DNA from: a virus
Virus record (IMG/VR): IMGVR_UViG_3300011193_000001
Direction: 5' to 3' (one strand)
DNA length: 64,000 bases
A program made the translations under genes and the position numbers. Below, piece by piece: positions 44,358 to 53,679 of the stretch (positions are counted from its first letter, which is position 1; each line of letters starts with the position of its first letter). The notes beneath the pieces are model-generated. The model did no database searches. It saw nothing but the letters and a program-made list of their open reading frames with translations, and was not told the origin of the DNA.

Positions 44358-45026
44358 GTCGACTGGTACAGCCGACACGACCGCCGCGGACCCGACGCGG
44401 CCAAGATCCCCAGGATCAGGCGCTGGATCCCCGATCGGCGGATCCAGCTCATCCCAATCCGCCGGCAGCCCCGCGAGGTCGCACAGCATGTCCTGCACCC
44501 CGATATGGATGCCATACGCGAAGATCGCGCGGCTCCGCTCGTCACCGTCCACGTCGACATCGGTCGTGACCGCGCCAACCCACCGGGTGCTCGTGATGCG
44601 CTCGTCGACCCGTGGCAGCATCGTGAGCAGCACCGCAGTCGACGCCGCGCACAGATCCGATGCGACCTCGCGGCCAACATCCTCATCGGTCGCCTGCGAG
44701 ATCGCAGCTACCGTCATCTGCCACACCGCCGAGTAGCGGCCCTCACCGTCGCGGACGGGCTCGCCTACCGTGCCCGCATTGACGAGCACGATGCTCGGCA
44801 GCATGTCCTCGCTGAACCGGCTCGCGCGCCACCGGACCTTCACAGACTTCGGCCGCTCGATCCGGATGACCGGCCCCGTGTCGCCAGCGATCGCCGCGTA
44901 CTGCCGGTTGATCTCGTCGGCGTACAACCCGACGAGACCTCGATCGGCGACGAGGAGATCGCGCGCGGCCCGCTCGAACGACCAGGGCGACACGAGAGGG
45001 CCGAGCACGCGATCTGAGGGTGTCAC
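44346..45026 (-). CDS. tail completion/neck protein candidate, 226 aa
   Basis: position only. Confidence 0.4.
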   Translation of the reverse strand: MTPSDRVLGPLVSPWSFERAARDLLVADRGLVGLYADEINRQYAAIAGDTGPVIRIERPKSVKVRWRASRFSEDMLPSIVLVNAGTVGEPVRDGEGRYSAVWQMTVAAISQATDEDVGREVASDLCAASTAVLLTMLPRVDERITSTRWVGAVTTDVDVDGDERSRAIFAYGIHIGVQDMLCDLAGLPADWDELDPPIGDPAPDPGDLGRVGSAAVVSAVPVDEPV

Positions 45027-45493
45027 GCGATCCCCGCGAGCAAGCCCGGGCTCGGCATCCGGTCGTTCTGGACGACGTAGACCTGCACGGCCTTAACCCA
45101 GCCGCGTTTCTCCGGCTCGGTCGGCTTCACAAGCACGTTGCCGCGCCGCTTCGCCCACTGCGCATGCTCCGACATCGACCAGACCTGAAGCGTGCCGCCG
45201 TCCGCACGGTAGGCGTTCAGGCCGCCCTTCTCCGTCAACGACTTACGGAGCTCCAAGGCGGCGTGCTCCGTGCGCGGGTCAAGGCCGCGCGCTGCCTTCG
45301 TGGCAAGCCACTCATCTGATGCGTCGGGCCACTCACCATCGCCGGCAGTGTCGAAGCGGCGAGCGTTCGACTCCAAGAGGCTGTCCAGGATCGGGCCGGC
45401 GAGGACCGGCTCGACATCGACGGCACGATCCGCCATGCGCAGCAGAGCGCGGCGCATCGCATCGACGCCTTGCGCTTGGACGACTACCTGCAC
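45023..45493 (-). CDS. head-tail joining / virion morphogenesis protein candidate
   Basis: position; ..FDTAGDGEWPDASDEWLATK.. recalls the P2 gpS/Mu gpG type. Confidence 0.4.
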   Translation of the reverse strand: MQVVVQAQGVDAMRRALLRMADRAVDVEPVLAGPILDSLLESNARRFDTAGDGEWPDASDEWLATKAARGLDPRTEHAALELRKSLTEKGGLNAYRADGGTLQVWSMSEHAQWAKRRGNVLVKPTEPEKRGWVKAVQVYVVQNDRMPSPGLLAGIA

Positions 45494-45496
45494 GGC

Positions 45497-46009
45497 TCAG
45501 AACCTCTCGTGCCACGTCGTCATGGGCCGCCCGTAGGGGACGCGCCCGAGCGGCATGCCTTCTAGGTCTGCGGCGGTATCTCCCGGCAGCGGACAATTCT
45601 CATTAATCGCCTTGGCCGCGCTCGCGCTCGACGTTTTCCACATCGATTCGAACGCCTTGAACGCCGTTCCTTCGCCGTCCGTCTTCTCGGGCTTGTAGGA
45701 CGCGCAGACCATCATCGCGGCCCGGTACAGCGCGGCGACCCGGAACGATCGCGCGAACGACCCGGAGCACGGCTCGCGGCCCTCCACAAGCCCGCTCATG
45801 TCATCCACGGCGATCTGAATGATCTCGACGACCTGCGCATACGTGGGCCGCGTCGTCGCCGTGAAAGCGTCCTGCTCCCCCGCGACGGTTGCGTCCCGTG
45901 ACGCCGGGCCGCGCGTGTACGCGCGGAGGATCGCGGCAAGCATCGTCGGGGTCGGCATCCACTCCGGTGTTTCGGTGCTGCTGTTGTTGAGGGTGGTGAG
46001 GAGCGTCAC
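45497..46009 (-). CDS. head-tail connector candidate, 170 aa
   Basis: position only. Confidence 0.4.
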   Translation of the reverse strand: MTLLTTLNNSSTETPEWMPTPTMLAAILRAYTRGPASRDATVAGEQDAFTATTRPTYAQVVEIIQIAVDDMSGLVEGREPCSGSFARSFRVAALYRAAMMVCASYKPEKTDGEGTAFKAFESMWKTSSASAAKAINENCPLPGDTAADLEGMPLGRVPYGRPMTTWHERF

Positions 46010-46094
46010 TGAGCTAGATGTTCATGGCCGCGCGGGCTGCGGAGTCCATCGCCGCGAGCGGCTCAGGGCCGCTTGCGCATCCGACGCGAAGCGG

Positions 46095-47588
46095 TCATGT
46101 CAGGCGTGCTCTTTCGCCCATTTGGACGGGCGCGCCGAAATCGAGGCCGGGCGGGGGCGTGTCAGAGATCCGTCCGGCCGCGTGGTGGATCGTGACCGGG
46201 CCGGCGAACTCGCCCGCGCCGCGGTAGTGGGTCAGGTGAAAATCGTTGCCCGCGTTCTCGTCCGGGTTGATCGTCGGGTAGACGGTGCGATAGCGCTGGG
46301 GGAGCGGATTCGCCGGGTCGACCAAGAGTTGGCGTCGGCCCTGATACCACAGTTCGACGAACCCGGTGAAGTCCTGCGCGAACCGAATGCGGACGCAGAA
46401 ATCAAGCCACACGCCGCGGATGAGCCGGGTGCGCCAACTCGCGCGATTCGCAACGACGGTGCCGGTGCCGTCGACTCCACGTTGGCGCATCACGATGTCG
46501 TTTCCGTAGGTGTACATCGCCCAGTTCGGCGGGCCGAACGGAGGCCCGTTGATCTGCGCGAACAGCAGCCAGGTCCCGTCAAGCCATGGCTGGGCCGGGT
46601 CAAACAGGCCGAGTGCCGGGTCACGGCTGATCGGTGGGAAATCCGCCGGGAAGCGCGTTTTCCAGCTAAGCCACTTGTCCATGCCTGGGTACAAGATCCG
46701 CGGGCTCTGAAGCTGCGCACGCGGGTTCTCGGTTGGTGTCAGCGGATACACGTCCACGTCGTACACCGTGAGGCTCGCGTAATTTGCGAAGCCCGACGGT
46801 GGAGTGTCGCTCTGCACGACGATGCGGGTGCTGCCAACACCTGCGGCGACCGGATCGGCCTGGCTCACGATCGGGAACTGGGACAGGCCGGTCGAGAAGT
46901 CGCCGACCCACTCGGGCGCCGGCGCCACGAGGGAGATCGCGACCTGGCCGACCTTGAACACACCGGCCGACGACGCGAAGGGATTGTCGTTCGTGACACT
47001 CGGGCCTGCCTGGGGCGAGCCCGCACCGCCTGCGAGTTGCTTGACGCCGACCCACAGGCTGCGGTCTGTTGTTGTGTCACCGGAACGCACGTCGATCTGC
47101 TCCGTCCACCCCCCCGGCGCGCTGAACGTCGTCGCCTTGCCCCAGCCGGCAACCGCGATCAACAGGTCATCGGCCTGTGCCGGAGTGACAGACGGGCACA
47201 CCGCCGGACCAGTTGATGACGCCGTCGCTTCGAACGCCTGCGCGTCTACGCCAAACTGGTACGTCGGGTGCGCCGGGTCTCGCTGGAGCGCGACCAACCC
47301 GATCGCGTAGTGGTTGCTGAGCGGCGCGCCTCCACCATCGGTGAATGAGACGCTGCCGAGGCTCCCGGTCGGGTTGGACCCCGAGTACTCGATGAAACGG
47401 ATGGTGCCCGAGCCCGCAAAGTCGCTGGCCACCGTTGACCATCCGGTGGGCAGGACGTACTGCACGCTGGCGTCATGCAGAATCCACCCATAGAGCTTGT
47501 CGCCAATCTGCACGCCCGCGAGCGCGGGGAACGCGACGGAACTGCCGATGCCGCCGACCTGAGAGGCTGCGCGTACCGCGATCGCCAC
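46095..47588 (-). CDS. virion fibre-associated protein, 497 aa
   Basis: GTG at 47588 just after the upstream stop; coherent sequence throughout. Confidence 0.5.
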   Translation of the reverse strand: MAIAVRAASQVGGIGSSVAFPALAGVQIGDKLYGWILHDASVQYVLPTGWSTVASDFAGSGTIRFIEYSGSNPTGSLGSVSFTDGGGAPLSNHYAIGLVALQRDPAHPTYQFGVDAQAFEATASSTGPAVCPSVTPAQADDLLIAVAGWGKATTFSAPGGWTEQIDVRSGDTTTDRSLWVGVKQLAGGAGSPQAGPSVTNDNPFASSAGVFKVGQVAISLVAPAPEWVGDFSTGLSQFPIVSQADPVAAGVGSTRIVVQSDTPPSGFANYASLTVYDVDVYPLTPTENPRAQLQSPRILYPGMDKWLSWKTRFPADFPPISRDPALGLFDPAQPWLDGTWLLFAQINGPPFGPPNWAMYTYGNDIVMRQRGVDGTGTVVANRASWRTRLIRGVWLDFCVRIRFAQDFTGFVELWYQGRRQLLVDPANPLPQRYRTVYPTINPDENAGNDFHLTHYRGAGEFAGPVTIHHAAGRISDTPPPGLDFGAPVQMGERARLT

Positions 47589-47589
47589 A

Positions 47590-48513
47590 TCAGACCTCGA
47601 CGGCCGCGAGCAAGGGCGCGTTGCTCGTCGTGCCAGTGAAGCCACCCGCCGACACACTCGACGGCAGCGGAAACGACGACGCCTTGTAGGCCGTCATCAG
47701 GTTCGGGAACGCCGCCCCGAACAGCGCGGGTTTGTTGACATCGGTCGTGGTGACCGACGCCAGCGTGAACGTGATCGTGCCGGCGACCGCGCCCTCGAAT
47801 GCCAACCCCACAACGTAGGTCGCTGTTGGGTCGACGTTCTGGGCGAGCGATAGCAGCACGAGCCGCGCCGACCCACCGTTCAGCAGCGATGCCACGGATC
47901 CGGTGGACGCCACGCGCGTGAGCGATCCGTCACCGTTGACCGTGTACAAGCCGACATCGACGAGATCGTTCGCGCTCGCGACGACCGTCAGATCGAGGCG
48001 AAACCCGATCAGCGCCCTCGCGCGAGTCGGCCGGTACCGGTACCAGAAAGCGCGGGCCGCCGTGGGTACGATCGTGCTTGTCGATCCGAGCCCCGCCGGG
48101 AACTGCGGGAGGATCTCGCCCGGCAGACCGAGGCCGACGCTGATCGCCTCACCGCCGAGCGCGAGCGGGACGCCCCATGGCGTTGTGCCGCCGCTCGCCT
48201 TCGGGCCGTAGAAGAGCTGCCCAGTTGTGTCGACGTAGAAGTCGCCAACCTTGCCAAGGCCGCTGCTGGGCGCTCCGGCGCCGCTGAGCATCGGTGACGG
48301 AATCTGTGCTGTCGGCACCAACACGCCTGCGTCGAGCGTCGCGACCCCGTTCGCGGCGGCACGCTGTGCCAGCGGGACCTTGGACGGCAGCCCTGTGACG
48401 TTGTCGCTTTCCACCGTAGCGAGCCGCGGCTCAAGCCCGGTGACATCGGTCGTGACGAGCGTGACCGAGCCCGTCTTTCCAGCGACCGAAGCAACGCGAA
48501 CCGCGCCGCTCAC
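47590..48513 (-). CDS. fibre protein
   Basis: NGVATLDAGVLVPTAQIP and GDFYVDTTGQLFYGPK motifs are common in phage fibres. Confidence 0.55.
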   Translation of the reverse strand: MSGAVRVASVAGKTGSVTLVTTDVTGLEPRLATVESDNVTGLPSKVPLAQRAAANGVATLDAGVLVPTAQIPSPMLSGAGAPSSGLGKVGDFYVDTTGQLFYGPKASGGTTPWGVPLALGGEAISVGLGLPGEILPQFPAGLGSTSTIVPTAARAFWYRYRPTRARALIGFRLDLTVVASANDLVDVGLYTVNGDGSLTRVASTGSVASLLNGGSARLVLLSLAQNVDPTATYVVGLAFEGAVAGTITFTLASVTTTDVNKPALFGAAFPNLMTAYKASSFPLPSSVSAGGFTGTTSNAPLLAAVEV

Positions 48514-49439
48514 AGAGAGAACACCGACCCCTCAACGGCGCCGCTGACGACCTGCAAGTAGATCGTTCCCGATGCCGCCGAGCGGCCACGAGGGTACGTG
48601 TAGGACACGCTCTCGTTCGCCTGCAAGGTGATCGAGTCCAGAATCACGCCGCTCACGTTCTGGTTGCGCACGCGCACCTTCGCCGCGGCCGATCCCGACG
48701 TTTCGCAGACCGTGACGCCGATGTACCGCGTCGCGCTGACCGTCGCCGCGTCCACGATGGCCGTAGGCGTCGCGGCGGCCAGGTCAACCGTGCCGATCGC
48801 GTTGGTGCCAGCAGGCAGCGCGGTGCCGATCGTGATCGACTCGAGCGCGGCGAGCGTCCCGGCATCCAGCGTCACCGCGCCGAGCTTCGTCAGCACCGCG
48901 GCGAGCGTCGTCTGCGTGGCAGGATCAGCGCTGATCTTGGCGAGCACAGCCGCGAGCGTCGTCTGCGTCGCGGGGTCCGTCGACAGCTTCGCGAGGATCG
49001 CCGCGAGCGTGCTCTGCGCCGCCGTCTGCGCCGCCTCCGTTGCGGGCGCAGCGATGAGTTTCGCGAGGACCGCGGCAAGCGTCGCTTGCGTCGCGTAATC
49101 CTTGCCCTCCAGGCCGTCGACCCCGGCAAGAAGCGCGGCAAGCGTGACCTCCGTTGCTTGCCCCGTGCCGGGGTTCGCGACCGTTACCGTCAGGTTCTCC
49201 AGGGCCGCGAGCGTGCCGGCGTCCAGCGCGACCGCCGGCAGCCGCGTGATGTCGACATCCATGCCGAACGCGAGATCGCCGGGCAGATCGACGGCGGTCG
49301 CATCCGCTGTCCTGAACGCGAGCAGGATCCGCTGCACCTGCTGCGCGGCAACCGTGCCGGCGTTCAGCGTCGTGACCTCCTCCGAGGAGATCTTCGCGAC
49401 GCCCGGCCCGACTACCGCGATATCGACCGTGTCAGCCAT
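48510..49439 (-). CDS. fibre-like protein with 17-aa internal repeats
   Basis: ATG at 49439; DPATQTTLAAVLAKIS-type unit about 4 times. Confidence 0.55.
   Translation of the reverse strand: MADTVDIAVVGPGVAKISSEEVTTLNAGTVAAQQVQRILLAFRTADATAVDLPGDLAFGMDVDITRLPAVALDAGTLAALENLTVTVANPGTGQATEVTLAALLAGVDGLEGKDYATQATLAAVLAKLIAAPATEAAQTAAQSTLAAILAKLSTDPATQTTLAAVLAKISADPATQTTLAAVLTKLGAVTLDAGTLAALESITIGTALPAGTNAIGTVDLAAATPTAIVDAATVSATRYIGVTVCETSGSAAAKVRVRNQNVSGVILDSITLQANESVSYTYPRGRSAASGTIYLQVVSGAVEGSVFSL
48885..49095. repeat. about 51-nt in-gene tandem repeats
   Basis: GCCGCGAGCGTCGTCTGCGT recurs; protein repeats ATQ[AT]TLAAVLAK. Confidence 0.7.
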
Positions 49440-50019
49440 GCTCAAGCCTTCCTGACTGTCGCGAACATCGCACCGGCCGAATCGAAGATGACCTGGCCGG
49501 CGAAGGCGGTGCTGAAGACGACTGGTCAGGCGGGTGCGTTGTCGGTGTCGGTGGCTGGCGGACTGGGTCATGGACGTGCAACTCATCCGGGTGTCCGCTT
49601 CGGTCGTCAGATATGCCGAAGCGCTCAGCGTCAACCCCGACAACTCGTCGACGTTCGCGTACGCGCCCAGCGACGCGCCCGTCAGCGTCAGCGCGACGGT
49701 ACGCGCGGAGCTGCCGTGTTGCGGTCGCGGACGGCACGAGGACGCCCGCGACCTTCGCGGTGATCACGTCACCGTTCGCGGCAAGCGTGCCCCCAGCAAT
49801 GGTGTCCGAGGAGAGGTCCGTTTCCGCGGTGCCCGTGTTTCCGACGCTCGCGAGGAGCGTGAACAACGCGGCGCCGCCCGTAGCGCCGGCAGCACCAGCA
49901 GCGCCCGTCGCCCCGGCCGGTCCCGTTAGCCCAGTCGGGCCGGTATCGTTCAGGACGTGCCCAGACGCGAGCGTCGCCTGCGACTGCCCAGTCACCAGTC
50001 GCACGGCGACATACGCCAT
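49432..50019 (-). CDS. collagen-like repeat protein (3' third changes frame)
   Basis: GPTGLTGPAGATGAAGAAGATG Gly-X-Y run; after about 49700 the coding signal moves to other frames. Confidence 0.45.
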   Translation of the reverse strand: MAYVAVRLVTGQSQATLASGHVLNDTGPTGLTGPAGATGAAGAAGATGGAALFTLLASVGNTGTAETDLSSDTIAGGTLAANGDVITAKVAGVLVPSATATRQLRAYRRADADGRVAGRVRERRRVVGVDAERFGISDDRSGHPDELHVHDPVRQPPTPTTHPPDQSSSAPPSPARSSSIRPVRCSRQSGRLEHG

Positions 50020-50027
50020 GCGACGAG

Positions 50028-50405
50028 TTACCCGCGCGCCTTCTTGGCGAGCGCGATCTGCTCAGCCGCGTGCGCTTCGAGCGTTGCGCCACCGACCGTG
50101 CGGCCACCGAACGGGTTGGCATCCGGACCGCGCAACGCCACGACCGCCGCCTCGGCGTCACGCGCCGAGATGGCCTCCTCGCGAGCCAGGTCGTCCTCGT
50201 CGGCGGCGCGGATGACGCCGAGCTTCAGCAGCCGCGCGGCCTCCGCGTCGGACAGGTCGATGACACGGTGATGCAACCCGAGTCCCGGCTCGGTCGGAGT
50301 GGTGTTCGTGGCGTAGCAGACGCCGACACCGATGACGACGTACAGGCCGCCATCGCTCGCCTTGCCCGCGGTGGCGGTCTTTGCGGCAGTGATGGGAGCA
50401 GGCAT
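50028..50405 (-). CDS. hypothetical head-associated protein, 125 aa
   Basis: ATG at 50405 just after the capsid gene; the upstream part of the 327-aa ORF is filler. Confidence 0.5.
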   Translation of the reverse strand: MPAPITAAKTATAGKASDGGLYVVIGVGVCYATNTTPTEPGLGLHHRVIDLSDAEAARLLKLGVIRAADEDDLAREEAISARDAEAAVVALRGPDANPFGGRTVGGATLEAHAAEQIALAKKARG

Positions 50406-50410
50406 GGCGC

Positions 50411-51337
50411 TCACAGCCCCGTCATCTCGACCATGGCGAACTGGTCGTCGACGGCGTAGCACGGCGAGGCCGTGGTCTCGCTCCACCACTTCATGTCCTC
50501 CAGCGGATCCTCCCACTGGCGCGTCATGATCGGGAACTCCATCGCCCACACGCCGACAGCGCCGGCCTCGTAGAACTTGGCCTTGCCCTGCGTCTGCTGC
50601 ACGCTGACATCGACCGTCGTGATCCCGTTCGCCGCAAGGATCGCGCGGGCACCGGCGTTGCCGTCCGTGCCATCGACGCCGTAGATGGACACGAGCGTCG
50701 CCCAGTCCAGCGTGTTGTAGATCGCCGAGTTCAGCCGGTGGCCGCGCTGCTCGTTGTGGATCGTCGCGACCAGCCGCGCCAGGTCGGCGCCCGGCTGATT
50801 GGCAGCAGTCCTCGTCGTCCATGTGAACGCTGCGGACGCCGCGAGCGTCTGCGTTGCCGCGAACGTTCGTGATGTCGCGGCGATCACCGCATTGAGCTCC
50901 GACTGCGCCATCGATTCGAGGTCGCGAGCCATCGTGTTGGCGATCTGGGTGATGGCCCTCTCGGCTAGCCGCGCATCGTTGCGCTTGCGTTCCTGCTTTG
51001 TCAGCGACCACTTGCCGCCGATCTGGCGGGGCAGCGCGACCATCGGGACGCCGCGCACGAACGTGACCTGCGGCGCCTCGGTACCGGGCGCCATCTCCTG
51101 CAAGCGACGCTCGGTGTACAGGTCGGTCAGCAGCGGGTTGGGCCGCTCGAACAGGATGGCTCCGCCCGACACGCCCCCGCCGTTGCTGAAGATGTTGTGC
51201 GCGAAGAACTCCTGCGCCGCAATGTCCGCGATCCGGCGGTTACGAACGGTCGGCGCGTTGACGTACTGGTCCAGCGTGATCGTGGTCCCGGAGACCGTGA
51301 CCGGATCCAGCGGGTATGGGAATCCGACTGTTGGCAT
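50411..51337 (-). CDS. major capsid protein
   Basis: 308 aa, after the protease/scaffold and decoration genes. Confidence 0.75.
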   Translation of the reverse strand: MPTVGFPYPLDPVTVSGTTITLDQYVNAPTVRNRRIADIAAQEFFAHNIFSNGGGVSGGAILFERPNPLLTDLYTERRLQEMAPGTEAPQVTFVRGVPMVALPRQIGGKWSLTKQERKRNDARLAERAITQIANTMARDLESMAQSELNAVIAATSRTFAATQTLAASAAFTWTTRTAANQPGADLARLVATIHNEQRGHRLNSAIYNTLDWATLVSIYGVDGTDGNAGARAILAANGITTVDVSVQQTQGKAKFYEAGAVGVWAMEFPIMTRQWEDPLEDMKWWSETTASPCYAVDDQFAMVEMTGL

Positions 51338-51349
51338 GGGTCAGGTCTC

Positions 51350-51784
51350 CTAGTAGAGCTCGACGAAGACGTCGCCGTTAAGGACGCCGTCCGTGGTGGC
51401 GCGGCCGACCGCGATCCCGGACGCGAGGGTGATCGCCTTGCCGTTCGCGCCGACCTCGACCTCGGCTGGTGCCGTGATCGTGGCCCCAGCCGTGACCGGA
51501 ACGATCGCGTGGCCCTTGCCGGCGCGAATCATCGGGACGACGGTGGTGATCGCCGCGTCGTACGCGAACACGCCGCTGCACCGCTCCCCGGCCGGACAGG
51601 TGATCGCGGGGACGTTGCCGCCGTCGTACGTGGCAGGCAGGACCGCGGTCGTGATGACCGGCCCCGACTCGAACGCGTCGCTGAGCTTCGCGAACGTCTT
51701 GCCGACGACAGCCGCGGCAGTCGCGCGGACCGTGATGTCCTTCTCGCCGCCCTTGAACAGCGGAACGCAGATGTTGGCGGGCAT
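51350..51784 (-). CDS. head decoration protein (DUF2190-like)
   Basis: 144 aa, Gly/Ala/Val-rich beta protein between the scaffold and capsid genes. Confidence 0.55.
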   Translation of the reverse strand: MPANICVPLFKGGEKDITVRATAAAVVGKTFAKLSDAFESGPVITTAVLPATYDGGNVPAITCPAGERCSGVFAYDAAITTVVPMIRAGKGHAIVPVTAGATITAPAEVEVGANGKAITLASGIAVGRATTDGVLNGDVFVELY

Positions 51785-51787
51785 GGT

Positions 51788-53350
51788 CTACGCCTCCTGT
51801 CCAGCCTTGAAGTTCATCCGCGACCGTGACGCCGCGAGCAGTTCGCGATCTGCGCCGGTGAGCCCGTCATCGCCGGGCGCGCTTGGGTCCGGCGTCTGCG
51901 CGCGCGCTTCGAGCGGGACGAGGCCTTCGGGGAGGGAGTGCAGGGCCGCGAGCTGGGCTTCCGCGCGCGCCCTCGTGGCCGCATCGGGACTGTCGCCGGG
52001 ATCGATCGAGGCACGCCACGCTTCCCGTGACGCCGGGGTGATTCGCCCCTTGGACAGCGCGGTGGCGATCTCGCCGTCGAGCTTGCCGCGCTCCGTGTCG
52101 CGGCGATCCTTGCGGTACTCCGCGAGCGTTGCCTGCGTCTGCTCCCACTGCGTCCGGTCCACGGCCATCGTCAGCGATGCCGCGTCGGGCTTGGCTGCGG
52201 CGACCGGGACACGCTCGGTCTCAGGTGCCTCCACGACCTCTGCGGCCGGCGGCGCGATTTCTGGCGGCGCAGCCTCGGGCGGCGGCTCGACTTCGGCCGC
52301 CGGCTGCTCGGCCATCAGGACCGATGCGGCATTGATCTGCACGTCCGTCGCCTTCTCGGGGTCAATGCCCCGGGCGACGAGGAACTCGCGGACATCGTCG
52401 TCCATGGTGTTGACCCCTTGATCGGGCCGCGTGATCGCGGCCGGTGTGGTTCCTGCGGCGACCGGAGGCCGCTGAGGCTTGGATGGCCGCGCGAAACACG
52501 CAACCTGCGCGACGGACGCGGCAACCGGGATGTACGTCTTGCGGACCTCGCCCGGCTCACCGAACGTCGTGACACCGTCCGCGTCGGTGAACGGCACCAT
52601 CCACAAGTGTCCCTCGTCGTCGTCGGCGATGACCTCGCCCTCGGACACGCGGACCTCGCGGCACCACCACCAGTAGGTGTCTTCGGCCGCGCCGTTCTCT
52701 TCGTCCATCGCCCAGTCGAAGTTGAAGCGCTGCCGGATCTCGTCCTCCGAGATGCTCAACGCCGCGCGCCCGTCCGCGGCGAGCGCGGCCGGGGTCTTCG
52801 CGGCGGTGAGTGCGGAAGGTCCATCCATGATGAGTTCGCTGAGATCCTTGAGATCGCCGATGGCGGGTAGCTCGACGCCGAGAAACGACACGGCCGTTAG
52901 GCACATGGAATAACGCTTGCCGCCAGCCGTTTGCACATCGAAGGTCGGCGGCTCGACCGCCCACGTGGCCTCCGCCGAGCGATTCGGGTACGTGCTTGGC
53001 GCGCTCAACGCGAGCCACGCAATCACGTTGTCGGCGTCGCCGACGAGCACGGCACCGTCGTTGACGGTGCGCAGGTTGACGAACTGACCGAAGCTCGGCT
53101 CGGCGTCGCCGAGCGCCGCGAACGGGTTGTGATCCTCGTGATCGCCATTGATCGAGGAGGAGTGGCCCAACTTGATCCGCGGCGCCTGGATGTGCGGATC
53201 ACTGGCGGCAGCGACCGCATCCTCAAGGTGCTGCATTGTGATGGTGACCGGTCCGGTGGAGGCTGGCCAACTCATCCCGACAGTCATCAACGGAACGGCG
53301 CGGAAGTACTCCGGCACGTCGTCGCCGCTAACAAAAAGAGCGTCGCTCAC
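51788..53350 (-). CDS. Mu gpI-like head protease/scaffold protein
   Basis: 520 aa; Pro/Ala/Glu linker; coiled-coil C-terminal half; position. Confidence 0.6.
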   Translation of the reverse strand: MSDALFVSGDDVPEYFRAVPLMTVGMSWPASTGPVTITMQHLEDAVAAASDPHIQAPRIKLGHSSSINGDHEDHNPFAALGDAEPSFGQFVNLRTVNDGAVLVGDADNVIAWLALSAPSTYPNRSAEATWAVEPPTFDVQTAGGKRYSMCLTAVSFLGVELPAIGDLKDLSELIMDGPSALTAAKTPAALAADGRAALSISEDEIRQRFNFDWAMDEENGAAEDTYWWWCREVRVSEGEVIADDDEGHLWMVPFTDADGVTTFGEPGEVRKTYIPVAASVAQVACFARPSKPQRPPVAAGTTPAAITRPDQGVNTMDDDVREFLVARGIDPEKATDVQINAASVLMAEQPAAEVEPPPEAAPPEIAPPAAEVVEAPETERVPVAAAKPDAASLTMAVDRTQWEQTQATLAEYRKDRRDTERGKLDGEIATALSKGRITPASREAWRASIDPGDSPDAATRARAEAQLAALHSLPEGLVPLEARAQTPDPSAPGDDGLTGADRELLAASRSRMNFKAGQEA

Positions 53351-53384
53351 CCGAAAAACGCTAGGCGCGCGACGCTCTTATGTG

Positions 53385-53678
53385 TCCATCCTCGCCTGCC
53401 GATGCCTTGCAACGCCACGCCCTGCCATGCCTGCCGGGCGGAGCCCCGCCGAGCCAAGCCTTGCCGTGACCTACCACGCCTGCCTTGCCTGCCAAGCCGA
53501 GTCGGGCCATGCCGATGCCTTGCCAATCCGTGCCTGCCAAGCCCCGTCGAGCCAACGCCTGGCCGAGCCTAGCCTTGCCTGCCGCGTCGCGACTGGCCAC
53601 AACTTGCGAAACCCCGCCTAGCCTGCCATGCCCGGACTTGCCGCGCCAAGCCAACGCCTCGCCTAGCCTGCCAATCGA
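53385..53678. repeat. C-rich tract built of NNGCC units with recurring 10-17-mers
   Basis: about 45 GCC in about 300 nt by hand count; GCCTAGCCTGCCA x2, TGCCTGCCAAGCC x2, GATGCCTTGC x2. Confidence 0.7.
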
Positions 53679-53679
53679 G

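Noticed and set aside
45819-47216. A 465-aa plus-strand ORF.
   Set aside because: It is antisense to a coherent 497-aa structural gene and is Arg-rich filler.
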